Source: Candidatus Bathyarchaeota archaeon (GTDB lineage: Archaea > Thermoproteota > Bathyarchaeia > Bathyarchaeales > Bathycorpusculaceae). From it: a DNA stretch of 64,000 nucleotides. Below the pieces are notes generated by a model, which was not told where the DNA came from, did no database searches, and saw only the letters and a program-made list of their open reading frames with translations. The DNA lies in the NCBI GenBank assembly GCA_963815095.1, contig CAWFFH010000003.1:384001-448000 (forward strand), in the 5' to 3' direction. The first letter of the stretch is position 1. Each line of letters opens with the position of its first letter. Positions 27,587-36,530 of the stretch are shown here, in pieces. Made by a program: the position numbers and the translations under genes.

Positions 27587-28837
27587 GTGGGAACCGTTTT
27601 GGTGAAACTCAAAGGATTCCAGAAATTGACGTTAACTGACCAAGCACTGCAAATCTGGTTTGACACATTGCAGATTGCCAAGCCCAAAGTGACAGTTGTG
27701 CCGTTGCAGGATGCTTTAGGTCGTGTTTTAGCTGAAGACCTAATGGCTCAAGAGGCTTTACCGCGTTTTGACAAGTCAGCTATGGATGGTTACGCTGTCA
27801 AGTCGGCTGATTTAGTTGGTGCTTCACAATCAAAACCTGCTATTCTCCAATTAACCCAAACAGACCACGTGGACGCTAAACAGGCTAAGCAGGTTTGGAC
27901 GGGAAACCCCATTCCTGAAGGTGCAGACGCCGTCATTATGATAGAAAACACCGAGAAACGCGGTGAGGAATTGGAGGTTTGGAGCCAGCTCACACCCTGG
28001 ACCAACGTTTCTAAGGTTGGCGAAGACATCAAAAAGGGAGACCTTGCAGTTAAAGCAGCCACTCGCTTAAACGCCTATCATTTAGGTTTAGCTGCAGCGT
28101 TAGGTTACATTCAACTAAAAGTCTCTGAGAAACCAAAAATCGCAATCCTAGTCACAGGCAACGAAATAACAGAAGTAGGCACAGAACGTGCAAGCAACCA
28201 AATTTACGATTCAAATAAAACTATGGTATTAGCCATGTGCCACGAGCTAGGCGCAGAAACAAGCGATCTTGGCATAGCCAAAGACAACACCGACGAAATC
28301 GCAGAGAAAATCCGAGGCGCCCTCAAAACCCACGACGCAATTATCACTACAGGCGGAACAAGCGTTGGAGGATTAGACTTAGTGCCAGACGCCGTTAACA
28401 AAATTGGAAAACCCGGCGTAATCGTTCATGGCGTTGCATTGCGTCCCGCGATGCCAACTGCCGTTGCAATGTTGGAGAGCAAACCAGTTTTGATATTGTC
28501 AGGCAACCCCGTTGCTGCAGTCATTGGGTTTGAAGTTTTTGGCCGACCCTTAATTTGCAAGATGCTTGGAATGAGCCAAGCGGAGCCACGACCAATCGTT
28601 AATGCCGTTTTAGCTAGAAGAGTTACGAGCGCTTTGGGAAGGAAAACCTATGTTCGAGTTCGCGTGTTAATGAAAAAGGGCGAATTAATCGCTGAGCCTG
28701 TGAGCGCGAAGGGTTCAGGGTCCATATCCACTATGACTCAGAGCAACGGGTACGTTGTGGTTCCCGAAAACCGAGAAGGGATAAACGAAGGCGAAACAGT
28801 AGTTGTCGAAATGTTCGGTAGTTTGGAGGTTGTTTAG
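27587..28837 (+). CDS. moeA: Molybdopterin molybdenumtransferase MoeA (copy 1)
   Basis: GRVLAED, SAMDGYAV, TG.PIP.GADAV, TGNE, TGGTSVG and SGNP motifs. Confidence 0.93.
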   Translation: MGTVLVKLKGFQKLTLTDQALQIWFDTLQIAKPKVTVVPLQDALGRVLAEDLMAQEALPRFDKSAMDGYAVKSADLVGASQSKPAILQLTQTDHVDAKQAKQVWTGNPIPEGADAVIMIENTEKRGEELEVWSQLTPWTNVSKVGEDIKKGDLAVKAATRLNAYHLGLAAALGYIQLKVSEKPKIAILVTGNEITEVGTERASNQIYDSNKTMVLAMCHELGAETSDLGIAKDNTDEIAEKIRGALKTHDAIITTGGTSVGGLDLVPDAVNKIGKPGVIVHGVALRPAMPTAVAMLESKPVLILSGNPVAAVIGFEVFGRPLICKMLGMSQAEPRPIVNAVLARRVTSALGRKTYVRVRVLMKKGELIAEPVSAKGSGSISTMTQSNGYVVVPENREGINEGETVVVEMFGSLEVV

Positions 28838-28839
28838 AC

Positions 28840-30090
28840 GTGTTTAGGAAACTTTTGACGTTTGATGAAGCTAAGAAGAAAATTGATGATCAGTTTGTGC
28901 CCGTTTTTTTGGGTGAAGAAGAAGCTGTACTCTTGGAAGCTTACAACCGTGTACTCAATGAGGATACAGTTTCAACGCTTGATATTCCGCCGTTTAACCG
29001 TTCAACCGTCGACGGATACGCTGTTAAAGCCGAGGATACGTTTGGAGCCGACGAAAATGAGCCTGTAACCCTAAAAGTTTCTGGCGCTGTCAGTGTTGGT
29101 GAGCAGCCGAATGTTAAAGTGGCTAAAGGTGAAGCTGTTGAAATTGTTACTGGTGCTCCAATTCCTGAAGGCGCAGACGCCGTTGTTATGTTTGAAGACA
29201 CCGAGCGGGAAGATGATACGTTGAATGTTTTTGGCGCCGTTACCTTAAACGAGAATGTTATGAAGAAGGGTTCAGACCTCAAGAAAGGCACGATTGTGCT
29301 CAAGAAGGGGCAGGTTTTGGGCTCTTCAGAGATTGGTGTTTTAGCAGCTTTAGGCTTGACCCAAGTCAAAGTTCTCAAAATTCCCGTGGTTGCGGTGTTA
29401 TCCACTGGCGGAGAAGTCACAGAACCTGGAAAACCACTGCCTGCTGGAAAAATCTATGACATCAACGCTTACAGCATAAGCACTGCGGTTATCGAAAGCG
29501 GCGGAAAACCTGTCTATTTTGGTGTGGTTTCAGATGATAAAGCAGCTTTGGCGAAGGCTTTGCAGATGGCTGTGGCTTCAGCGGATATGGTAATAACTTC
29601 TGGCGGCGTTTCGGTGGGTCCACGCGACTACACTCCGCAAATTGTGGATTCGCTGGGGAAACCTGGAATTGTTGTTTATGGGATTGCGGTGAAGCCTGGC
29701 AAACCTACAACTGTCGGGTTCGTCGGAGATAAGCCCGTGTTTTCGTTGCCGGGCCATCCAACGTCTGCTCTGCTAATTTTCTATTTGCTTGCAAGGCCTC
29801 TGATTTTGCGTTTGGCTGGCCGACCTGAAACTGGCATGAAGATGGTTAGGGCTTATGCTGGCTCGCGAATGTTTAGTGCAAAAGGGAGGCGAACCTTTGT
29901 TATGGTACGTTTAGAGTTTGATAAGGAATGCCGCTTAATTGCTCAACCCGTAGAAGCTGGCGCTTCAGGCGCGATTACTACTTTAGCGAATGCAGATGGG
30001 TTTGTGGAGATTGCTGAGAATGAGCAGTTTGTGGATACTGACCAAGAAGTTGCGGTGTTTCTTTTCCGCGGTTCCGCAGCTAAAGTTTAG
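28840..30090 (+). CDS. moeA: Molybdopterin molybdenumtransferase MoeA (copy 2)
   Basis: PPFNRSTVDGYAV, TGAPIPEGADAV, SGGVSVG, KPGKP and LPGHP motifs. Confidence 0.93.
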   Translation: MFRKLLTFDEAKKKIDDQFVPVFLGEEEAVLLEAYNRVLNEDTVSTLDIPPFNRSTVDGYAVKAEDTFGADENEPVTLKVSGAVSVGEQPNVKVAKGEAVEIVTGAPIPEGADAVVMFEDTEREDDTLNVFGAVTLNENVMKKGSDLKKGTIVLKKGQVLGSSEIGVLAALGLTQVKVLKIPVVAVLSTGGEVTEPGKPLPAGKIYDINAYSISTAVIESGGKPVYFGVVSDDKAALAKALQMAVASADMVITSGGVSVGPRDYTPQIVDSLGKPGIVVYGIAVKPGKPTTVGFVGDKPVFSLPGHPTSALLIFYLLARPLILRLAGRPETGMKMVRAYAGSRMFSAKGRRTFVMVRLEFDKECRLIAQPVEAGASGAITTLANADGFVEIAENEQFVDTDQEVAVFLFRGSAAKV

Positions 30091-30091
30091 C

Positions 30092-30433
30092 TTATGCTTT
30101 CATTAGAAGGTAAGCTGTGAAGATCCAGGTTAAAACAGCGTAAGCAACCATAATCAACGCAACTAAGAGGTTATCGAAACCCGCTGAATACAAGGTGACA
30201 AGAGTAAAAGCAGTGATTAATATGAATTGAATGCCGACTAACCATTTTGCCCAACCTCTTTTGGTAAAGAGACTGTACGCGGTTATTAGGCTTAGTATTC
30301 CCAGAAAAGCCAAGTGTGGCGGATAACTTGTAAAGGTCAAAGATACCATTAGAAGTATGCCTGTGAGCGTGTAGAAGGCTAAGGAGACTAGTTCGAAGGC
30401 CTTGAAGTTTTTTAGTTTGGTTGCTATGGACAC
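30092..30433 (-). CDS. Small 4-TM membrane protein
   Basis: 113 aa, four hydrophobic segments. Confidence 0.6.
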   Translation of the reverse strand: MSIATKLKNFKAFELVSLAFYTLTGILLMVSLTFTSYPPHLAFLGILSLITAYSLFTKRGWAKWLVGIQFILITAFTLVTLYSAGFDNLLVALIMVAYAVLTWIFTAYLLMKA

Positions 30434-30625
30434 AGTTGTTCCGCCTTTACCTTAAGCAGTATAGATTTAATTAATAAATTTAATGTATTTCTCTAAACCA
30501 GTCAATTTGATATCTAAACCTCTTGCGTCAGGTTTACTTTAATTGTCTCATAAGCTCACTTTTTGTCTTCGTTAGTGCTTGGATTCTTATATTTTGGTGC
30601 GCACAATTTAGTTTGAGGGAAGTCT

Positions 30626-31204
30626 TTGGCTAAGCCGTCAGAAGTGGTGGTTTTTACAATTGGTCACTCTACTCGAACGCTCGAAGAATTCATCGAGCTT
30701 CTCAAAGCCTACAATGTAGTCTTACTCGTGGATGTGCGCACAGTTCCTCGTTCACGACATAACCCTCAATTCAACAAAGAAACCCTCCCAGCCAGCCTCA
30801 AACAATACGGCATCCGCTACATTCACATGCCAGAAATCGGCGGACTCCGCCACCCCAAACGCGACTCCATTAACCTTGCATGGGAAAACAGCGGCTTTAG
30901 GGGCTACGCTGACTACATGCAAACCCAAGAATTCACGGATAGCCTTCTAAAAATTGTGGCGTTGGCACGGGAAAATCGGCTTGCGTTGATGTGTGCGGAA
31001 GCGTTGCCCTGGCGGTGCCACAGAAATCTCCTCTCCGACGCCCTTGTCGTTCGACATGTAAAAGTTGAACACATAATCGGAAAAGACAGCGTCATAAACC
31101 ACCAAATAAACGAACTTGCGCACGTGGAAGGAACAAAAATAACCTACCCATTATTCACGAAAGAAACGCCCCAGAGAACTTTGGGAGATTTTGGAACAGG
31201 CTGA
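30626..31204 (+). CDS. DUF488 family protein
   Basis: FTIGHS, LVDVR..P.SR..PQF, GGLR and LMCAE..PWRCHR motifs. Confidence 0.88.
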   Translation: MAKPSEVVVFTIGHSTRTLEEFIELLKAYNVVLLVDVRTVPRSRHNPQFNKETLPASLKQYGIRYIHMPEIGGLRHPKRDSINLAWENSGFRGYADYMQTQEFTDSLLKIVALARENRLALMCAEALPWRCHRNLLSDALVVRHVKVEHIIGKDSVINHQINELAHVEGTKITYPLFTKETPQRTLGDFGTG

Positions 31205-31217
31205 TTTTCTGTTTTCG

Positions 31218-32564
31218 TCACTGTTTTTGTAGTTTTGCTATGAAGAAGCCATTGCATTGATGGATGTGAGGGTAGAGGCGTTGACATTTGGTTAAACCAT
31301 TGAGTCCTGGCATGCCCATTTTGGGTTCAATGTCAGCGAGAGTGAATTCGGAATGTTCTTTTAGGAACCGTTCAATTATGCCTTCGTTCTCTTCGAGAGT
31401 TATGCTACAGGTTGAGTAGGCCAAGAACCCGCCAGCTTTGACTTTTTCTGCGCAGTTATTTATCATTTTCCATTGAAGCTCAGACATGTTCTTGATTGAG
31501 TTCGGGCTTAGGCGCCATTTGGCTGAGGGCTGTTTGGCAAAAACGCCCGTGCTTGTACAGGGCGGATCTAAAATTATAAGGTCTGCTTCACCCATCAGCG
31601 GCACTGATATTGAGACATCTGCCACCAGGGGCTCTGCGTTTTTGGCTCCCATTCGGCCAGTTTCTTTTTTCCATGTTTTCATCCGTTTAGAGGAGAAATC
31701 AACAGAGTAAATGCTGCCTTGGTTTTGCATAAGTTGTGCGAGAAATGTTGTTTTGGCTCCTGGTGCCGCGCAAACATCAAACACGGTATTTCCGGGTTGG
31801 GGGTTTGCGGCTTGGGTAGCAAAGCAGCTTGCTTTGTCTTGGATGTAGAATAAGCCTTCTGCGTAGCTTGGCAGGGCATTTAGGGGTTTTTTGGATGATA
31901 AAACCTTGTAAGTATAATTTAGGAGCGAAGTTTTTTCTAATTCAACTCCTTCGTCTTTGAGCTTTTGCACCGTTGCTTCTTCAGTTGCCTTTAAGGTGTT
32001 AACTCGAACGTAGTTGGGCGGCAACTTCATACTGCCAGTCAACAATGATATGGCCTCGTCGTGCCCAAAGAGCTTCAAACAGTAATCGACAAACCATGTT
32101 GGATGGTAAGTTTGGAGGCTGATTTTTTCTGCGTCACTTGCCGATTCGATTATTGGCTCAATTTTTTTGGTAAGCAAAAAGCCCAAAACGGGTTCGATTT
32201 CGCGCATGGTTTGCCAGCCCAATATAGCTCTGCCCATGCTTGCGATGCTTTCGGCTTCTTTTAGGTTCATTTTTTCCCAGTTTTTTACAACGCGAGTCTG
32301 GTAAACGTACAAGCGAAGGAAAGCTTGGATTCCCATGGTATATTCGCCTATTTTTTTAGGCTCGACCACAACATTTACGAATTTATCAATGAGATTTTTT
32401 CGCCGTTCAGTCTCAACCACTAAACCATATGCAAAACGTATTGCACTTGGATCTTTTACGCCAAGCTGTTTTACTGTTTTCATCAATGCTGAACGCTCGT
32501 TGAGTCGGCGCATTTCTATCCAACTAAGAGTCTCTATAGCAACAGTCCAAGCGTCCCGCAACAA
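31218..32564 (-). CDS. RsmB/NOP2 family RNA m5C methyltransferase with NusB-like N-terminus
   Basis: IQDKAS, DVCAAPGAKT, DPPCTSTG and YSTCS motifs. Confidence 0.9.
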   Translation of the reverse strand: MLRDAWTVAIETLSWIEMRRLNERSALMKTVKQLGVKDPSAIRFAYGLVVETERRKNLIDKFVNVVVEPKKIGEYTMGIQAFLRLYVYQTRVVKNWEKMNLKEAESIASMGRAILGWQTMREIEPVLGFLLTKKIEPIIESASDAEKISLQTYHPTWFVDYCLKLFGHDEAISLLTGSMKLPPNYVRVNTLKATEEATVQKLKDEGVELEKTSLLNYTYKVLSSKKPLNALPSYAEGLFYIQDKASCFATQAANPQPGNTVFDVCAAPGAKTTFLAQLMQNQGSIYSVDFSSKRMKTWKKETGRMGAKNAEPLVADVSISVPLMGEADLIILDPPCTSTGVFAKQPSAKWRLSPNSIKNMSELQWKMINNCAEKVKAGGFLAYSTCSITLEENEGIIERFLKEHSEFTLADIEPKMGMPGLNGLTKCQRLYPHIHQCNGFFIAKLQKQ

Positions 32565-32898
32565 ATCAGTTCACAGCTATGAAAAACACAGGCATCCTAA
32601 TAAGAATTCAAAAAAGAACGCAATGTTATTGCATGTTAACAGCGTATATCAAGAATAATTCGATCCTTTGATTGAGACAGCTCTAAAAAATCAGTCCAAG
32701 TAAAAAAAGTAGACCGCCACCTATACATTATGCATAAAGTCCAAATCAGCTAAACAGACCCTATTACAATCCTAAGGAATGATTTTTTGAGGTTTTTGGC
32801 TGTAAATTATGGTACTTTATACATTGGATAATTTGGGGTTTTTTAGTCACTAAGGTTTTTAGTCTCTATGTTCCTTATAGGAGCTAAGGTTAACTGGG

Positions 32899-35619
32899 AT
32901 GGCGCGTACTCTCTTAGATTTCTGGATAAGCGAACAACCTAAACCTGCCGTTAAAGTGGAGGTTAAGGCGCAAGCGCCAGCTGAACCTATCAAAGTTAAG
33001 GAACTGGCAGTGGTTAAACACAAGAAACGCGGCCAGCGACAACCTTATCCACCAGTTTGCCCCGAAAACCTATCTCCCTCCTATTTTGTCTCAGCATCTT
33101 ATGATGGACGCCAAAAGAAGGCGATAATCAAACTCTACGAGCCGGAATCGGGTCAAATTTATTTTTGGTATGACAACACGGGTCACAAACCATATTGTTT
33201 AACCAATCTTACACCTTACGAACTAAACAAAATCGAAGGCTTAACTCATCATGAAGGCTTTGACAGTCTTGAAGTCACTGAAAGATACGACCCCCTCAAG
33301 AACCAGACGGTTAAAGTTACAAAAATAATTGCTAAGGACCCCTTGGCAATCGGCGGCAGACCGCAGGGAACAATCCGAGATATCGTTCCAGAAAATTACC
33401 CTCGAGTCTGCGATACCTACATCGAACCATCAGATATCAAGATTTGGGAATCCAAAATCAAGTACTACCAATCATACATCTACGATAAGCAACTGCAGCC
33501 CGGCATGATTTACGAAGTGAAAGACGGCAATTTAGTGCCCAAGGTGCTTGAGGAAGCAACTGAGAACCTCAACAAAATCAGAAGCCTGTTCAAGGAATGC
33601 ACTGAGGAGGAACGCGAGTATGCGGAGATGTGGGCTAAACTTCTCGAGTATCCTGCGCCCAAGTTCCGCCGGGCAGCCATTGATATCGAAGTTCTGTCGC
33701 CTCTATCGACGAGAATGCCCGATGCGCGTGAAGGCGCCTGCCCAGTGATTGCCTGCTCAGTTTACAGTTCAGACGGTGAAAAAAGAGTACTTGTTCTCAG
33801 ACGCGAGGGCATGCGTGAGGGTAACGTACACTTAGCATCTGACATTGAAGTCGAGTATTGCGAAACCGAAGAAGAACTTCTTCGCAAAGTGTTCGATGTC
33901 TTGTGCGATTACCCCTTCATTTTAACTTTTAACGGCGACGACTTTGACCTCCGATACTTAGCTCACAGAGCCGCAAATCTGGGCTTCAGTAAACACGATA
34001 TTCCTGTGGAAATCGGCAAACGGACATGCAGCCTTAGATACGGAATCCACATCGATCTCTACAAGTTCTTCTTCAACCGCAGCATCCAAATCTATGCCTA
34101 CGGTGGACGTTACAAAGATGTAAGTCTTGGAGACGTAGGCAACGCGCTTTTAGGCGTAGAAAAAATTCATTTAGAAAAAACGTTCGGCGATCTCAATTAT
34201 AGTGAACTGGCAGCTTATTGTATGCGCGACTCAGAAATCACGTATAGACTGACGAGTTTTGAAGACGACAGCGCCATGAAACTCATCCTGGTGCTCTCTA
34301 GAATCAGTAGTATGCCTATGGAGGATGTGAGCCGCCAGGGAGTCAGCCGCTGGATACGCAACTTTATGCATCGTGAACACCGCAAACGCGGCATGCTTAT
34401 TCCCAATGGCGAAGACATCTTAACCAAGAAGGGCAAAACCACCTCTACCGCCGTGATTAAGGGCAAAAAGTACAAGGGCGCAATAGTTGTGGAGCCCACA
34501 CCCGGCATTCATTTTAACGTGGCAGTTATGGACTTTCCGAGCCTGTACCCTTCAATCATTAAAGTCTGGAATCTAGGTTACCAGTCCATTTGCTGCGAAC
34601 ATCCCGGCTGCAGAAGCCATATGATTCCTGACACTCCCCATTGGTCCTGCACTGAGAAACGCGCATTAGAAAGTCTGCTGATAGGTTCGCTACGGGATCT
34701 GCGTGTGCGCTGGTACAAGAGCCGCGCTAAAGACAAATCGCTGCCGCCTGAACTGCGAAGTTGGTACAACATCACGCAGGGAGCGCTGAAAGTCATTTTG
34801 AACGCGAGCTACGGCGTTTTCGGCGCAGACAGCTTTGACCTCTACTGTCCGCCAGTCGCTGAAGCCACAGCCGCCATTGGACGCTATAGCATCACCCAAA
34901 TCCTCAATCACGCCAAAACCGTGGGCATTCAAGTACTCTACGGAGACACTGACAGTTTATTCCTCAAAAATCCCACCAAAGAACAAATTGAAGACGTCGT
35001 CCACTACACCGAACATGAACTGGGCATGGGTATTGACGTCGACAAAACATATCGTTATGCGGTTTTTAGTTCTCGAAAGAAAAACTACCTAGGCGTCCTC
35101 GAAGACGGCACAGTTGACGTTAAAGGGTTAACAGGCAAGAAAAAACACATACCGAACTTCATCAAAGGCGCCTTCAACATGATGAAAGACAGGCTGGCAA
35201 AAGTGAAGAACCCTGAAGACTTCGAGAAAGCCAGAAAAGACATAGCTAACATAGTACGCGAACGCTACAACATCCTTAAACGACGCGAATGGGGCGACAT
35301 GAGCGAACTCGCCTTCCACGTAGTTTTAGGCGACGAAGTTGCAAGCTACACTAAAACGACGCCCCAGCATGTGAAAGCCGCTAAAATTCTGCAAGCAAGC
35401 GGCAAGGAACTACGTGCAGGCGATCTGATAAGCTTCGTTAAAGTCAACAGCAACAAAGACCACGTAAAACCTGTCGAGCTGGCATCAAGAAACGAAGTAG
35501 ACGTTGACAAGTACATAGCGTATTTGCAAGCCACTTTTGATCAGGTTTTAGATGCTTTGGGCTTAAATTTCGAGGAGATTATCGGGTTAACTAGGCTTGA
35601 AAGTTTCCTTGGAGCTTAA
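32899..35619 (+). CDS. polB1: Family B DNA polymerase, PolB1 (TACK-type)
   Basis: YD.TGHKPY N-terminus, DIEV exonuclease I, FNGDDFD, DFPSLYPSII, KVILNASYG, YGDTDS and KKNY motifs; no intein. Confidence 0.92.
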   Translation: MARTLLDFWISEQPKPAVKVEVKAQAPAEPIKVKELAVVKHKKRGQRQPYPPVCPENLSPSYFVSASYDGRQKKAIIKLYEPESGQIYFWYDNTGHKPYCLTNLTPYELNKIEGLTHHEGFDSLEVTERYDPLKNQTVKVTKIIAKDPLAIGGRPQGTIRDIVPENYPRVCDTYIEPSDIKIWESKIKYYQSYIYDKQLQPGMIYEVKDGNLVPKVLEEATENLNKIRSLFKECTEEEREYAEMWAKLLEYPAPKFRRAAIDIEVLSPLSTRMPDAREGACPVIACSVYSSDGEKRVLVLRREGMREGNVHLASDIEVEYCETEEELLRKVFDVLCDYPFILTFNGDDFDLRYLAHRAANLGFSKHDIPVEIGKRTCSLRYGIHIDLYKFFFNRSIQIYAYGGRYKDVSLGDVGNALLGVEKIHLEKTFGDLNYSELAAYCMRDSEITYRLTSFEDDSAMKLILVLSRISSMPMEDVSRQGVSRWIRNFMHREHRKRGMLIPNGEDILTKKGKTTSTAVIKGKKYKGAIVVEPTPGIHFNVAVMDFPSLYPSIIKVWNLGYQSICCEHPGCRSHMIPDTPHWSCTEKRALESLLIGSLRDLRVRWYKSRAKDKSLPPELRSWYNITQGALKVILNASYGVFGADSFDLYCPPVAEATAAIGRYSITQILNHAKTVGIQVLYGDTDSLFLKNPTKEQIEDVVHYTEHELGMGIDVDKTYRYAVFSSRKKNYLGVLEDGTVDVKGLTGKKKHIPNFIKGAFNMMKDRLAKVKNPEDFEKARKDIANIVRERYNILKRREWGDMSELAFHVVLGDEVASYTKTTPQHVKAAKILQASGKELRAGDLISFVKVNSNKDHVKPVELASRNEVDVDKYIAYLQATFDQVLDALGLNFEEIIGLTRLESFLGA

Positions 35620-35623
35620 AAGG

Positions 35624-36514
35624 TCATAAAAGGTTAATTATTGCTCCGAGCAATGTGAAGAGAGCAACTATAATCGCGATTATCATAACTATTTTGCGTT
35701 CAGTTAACGGACGATGATAACATATTATTGTAACCAAACTTTTTCGAGCATCAGAGCTGAGTTTTGTGCCGTCGAATTTGACTCCAGCCCGTTTGTGAGT
35801 GAAGAATACAGCAAGCAGGATGATTGATGAATTAAAGATGAAGGGCAAAATGGAAATTAACAAGTCAACTTTTAAGTCCGAAATTACTGCGAACGATGCT
35901 ACGGTTATTCCAATGGCAAATGAACCTGCGTTGCCAACGAAAATCTTACCTCGCACGTTAAAGTACGCTAAAATTAACCAAAAGAATAACGGTCCAACCA
36001 TAAGGATATATGAGGAGGAAAACGATATCAATCCCAAAATGACTATGGCTGGGCAAATGGTTTCTAATCCGTTTAAGCCACCAAGTTGGTTAACGGTGTT
36101 TGTTACTATCATAACAATAAAGGGGACAATAAGGAAGACGTAGTATGCACCAAAATGCAAGGATCCTAAAAAGGGAATGAAAATGGAAGTTCTTATGGCA
36201 CCAATCTGTAGACCTTCAAATACATAATACATAAGTGGAAGAGCTGCGATCAAAGGCATGAACGCTTTATAGCGCCACTTTAAATCCATAAAATCGTCAA
36301 GAAGGCCCATAAACCCGCCGAATAGCACACATACAGCCAATGTTAAAGCTGCAGAGACACCATTCACTGAAGTATCCATGCCTAAAGTAAAGATTCTGTT
36401 TAAGAAATAAATCGAGAAAAGATAAATTGTAGTGGTTAGGACAAAAAGAACACCTAAACCATTGGGAATTAAAGGCCGACCAACTTTATGCTGGTCGGGA
36501 ACCTTTGGAAACAC
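35624..36514 (-). CDS. aglH: MraY/GPT-family UDP-GlcNAc:dolichol-phosphate GlcNAc-1-P transferase (AglH-like)
   Basis: D.HK...P.IP..LG, GLLDD, NTVNQLGGLNGLE and KIFVGNAGS motifs; directly downstream of aglB. Confidence 0.75.
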   Translation of the reverse strand: MFPKVPDQHKVGRPLIPNGLGVLFVLTTTIYLFSIYFLNRIFTLGMDTSVNGVSAALTLAVCVLFGGFMGLLDDFMDLKWRYKAFMPLIAALPLMYYVFEGLQIGAIRTSIFIPFLGSLHFGAYYVFLIVPFIVMIVTNTVNQLGGLNGLETICPAIVILGLISFSSSYILMVGPLFFWLILAYFNVRGKIFVGNAGSFAIGITVASFAVISDLKVDLLISILPFIFNSSIILLAVFFTHKRAGVKFDGTKLSSDARKSLVTIICYHRPLTERKIVMIIAIIVALFTLLGAIINLL

Positions 36515-36530
36515 TGCTTCTCTGCCTACC

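Noticed and set aside
27587-30090. Tandem moeA duplication as a novelty
   Set aside because: Two adjacent moeA paralogs are common in archaea.
32565-32898. Long intergenic region as replication origin or ncRNA
   Set aside because: No ORB-like repeats, no cdc6 nearby and no tRNA-like structure.
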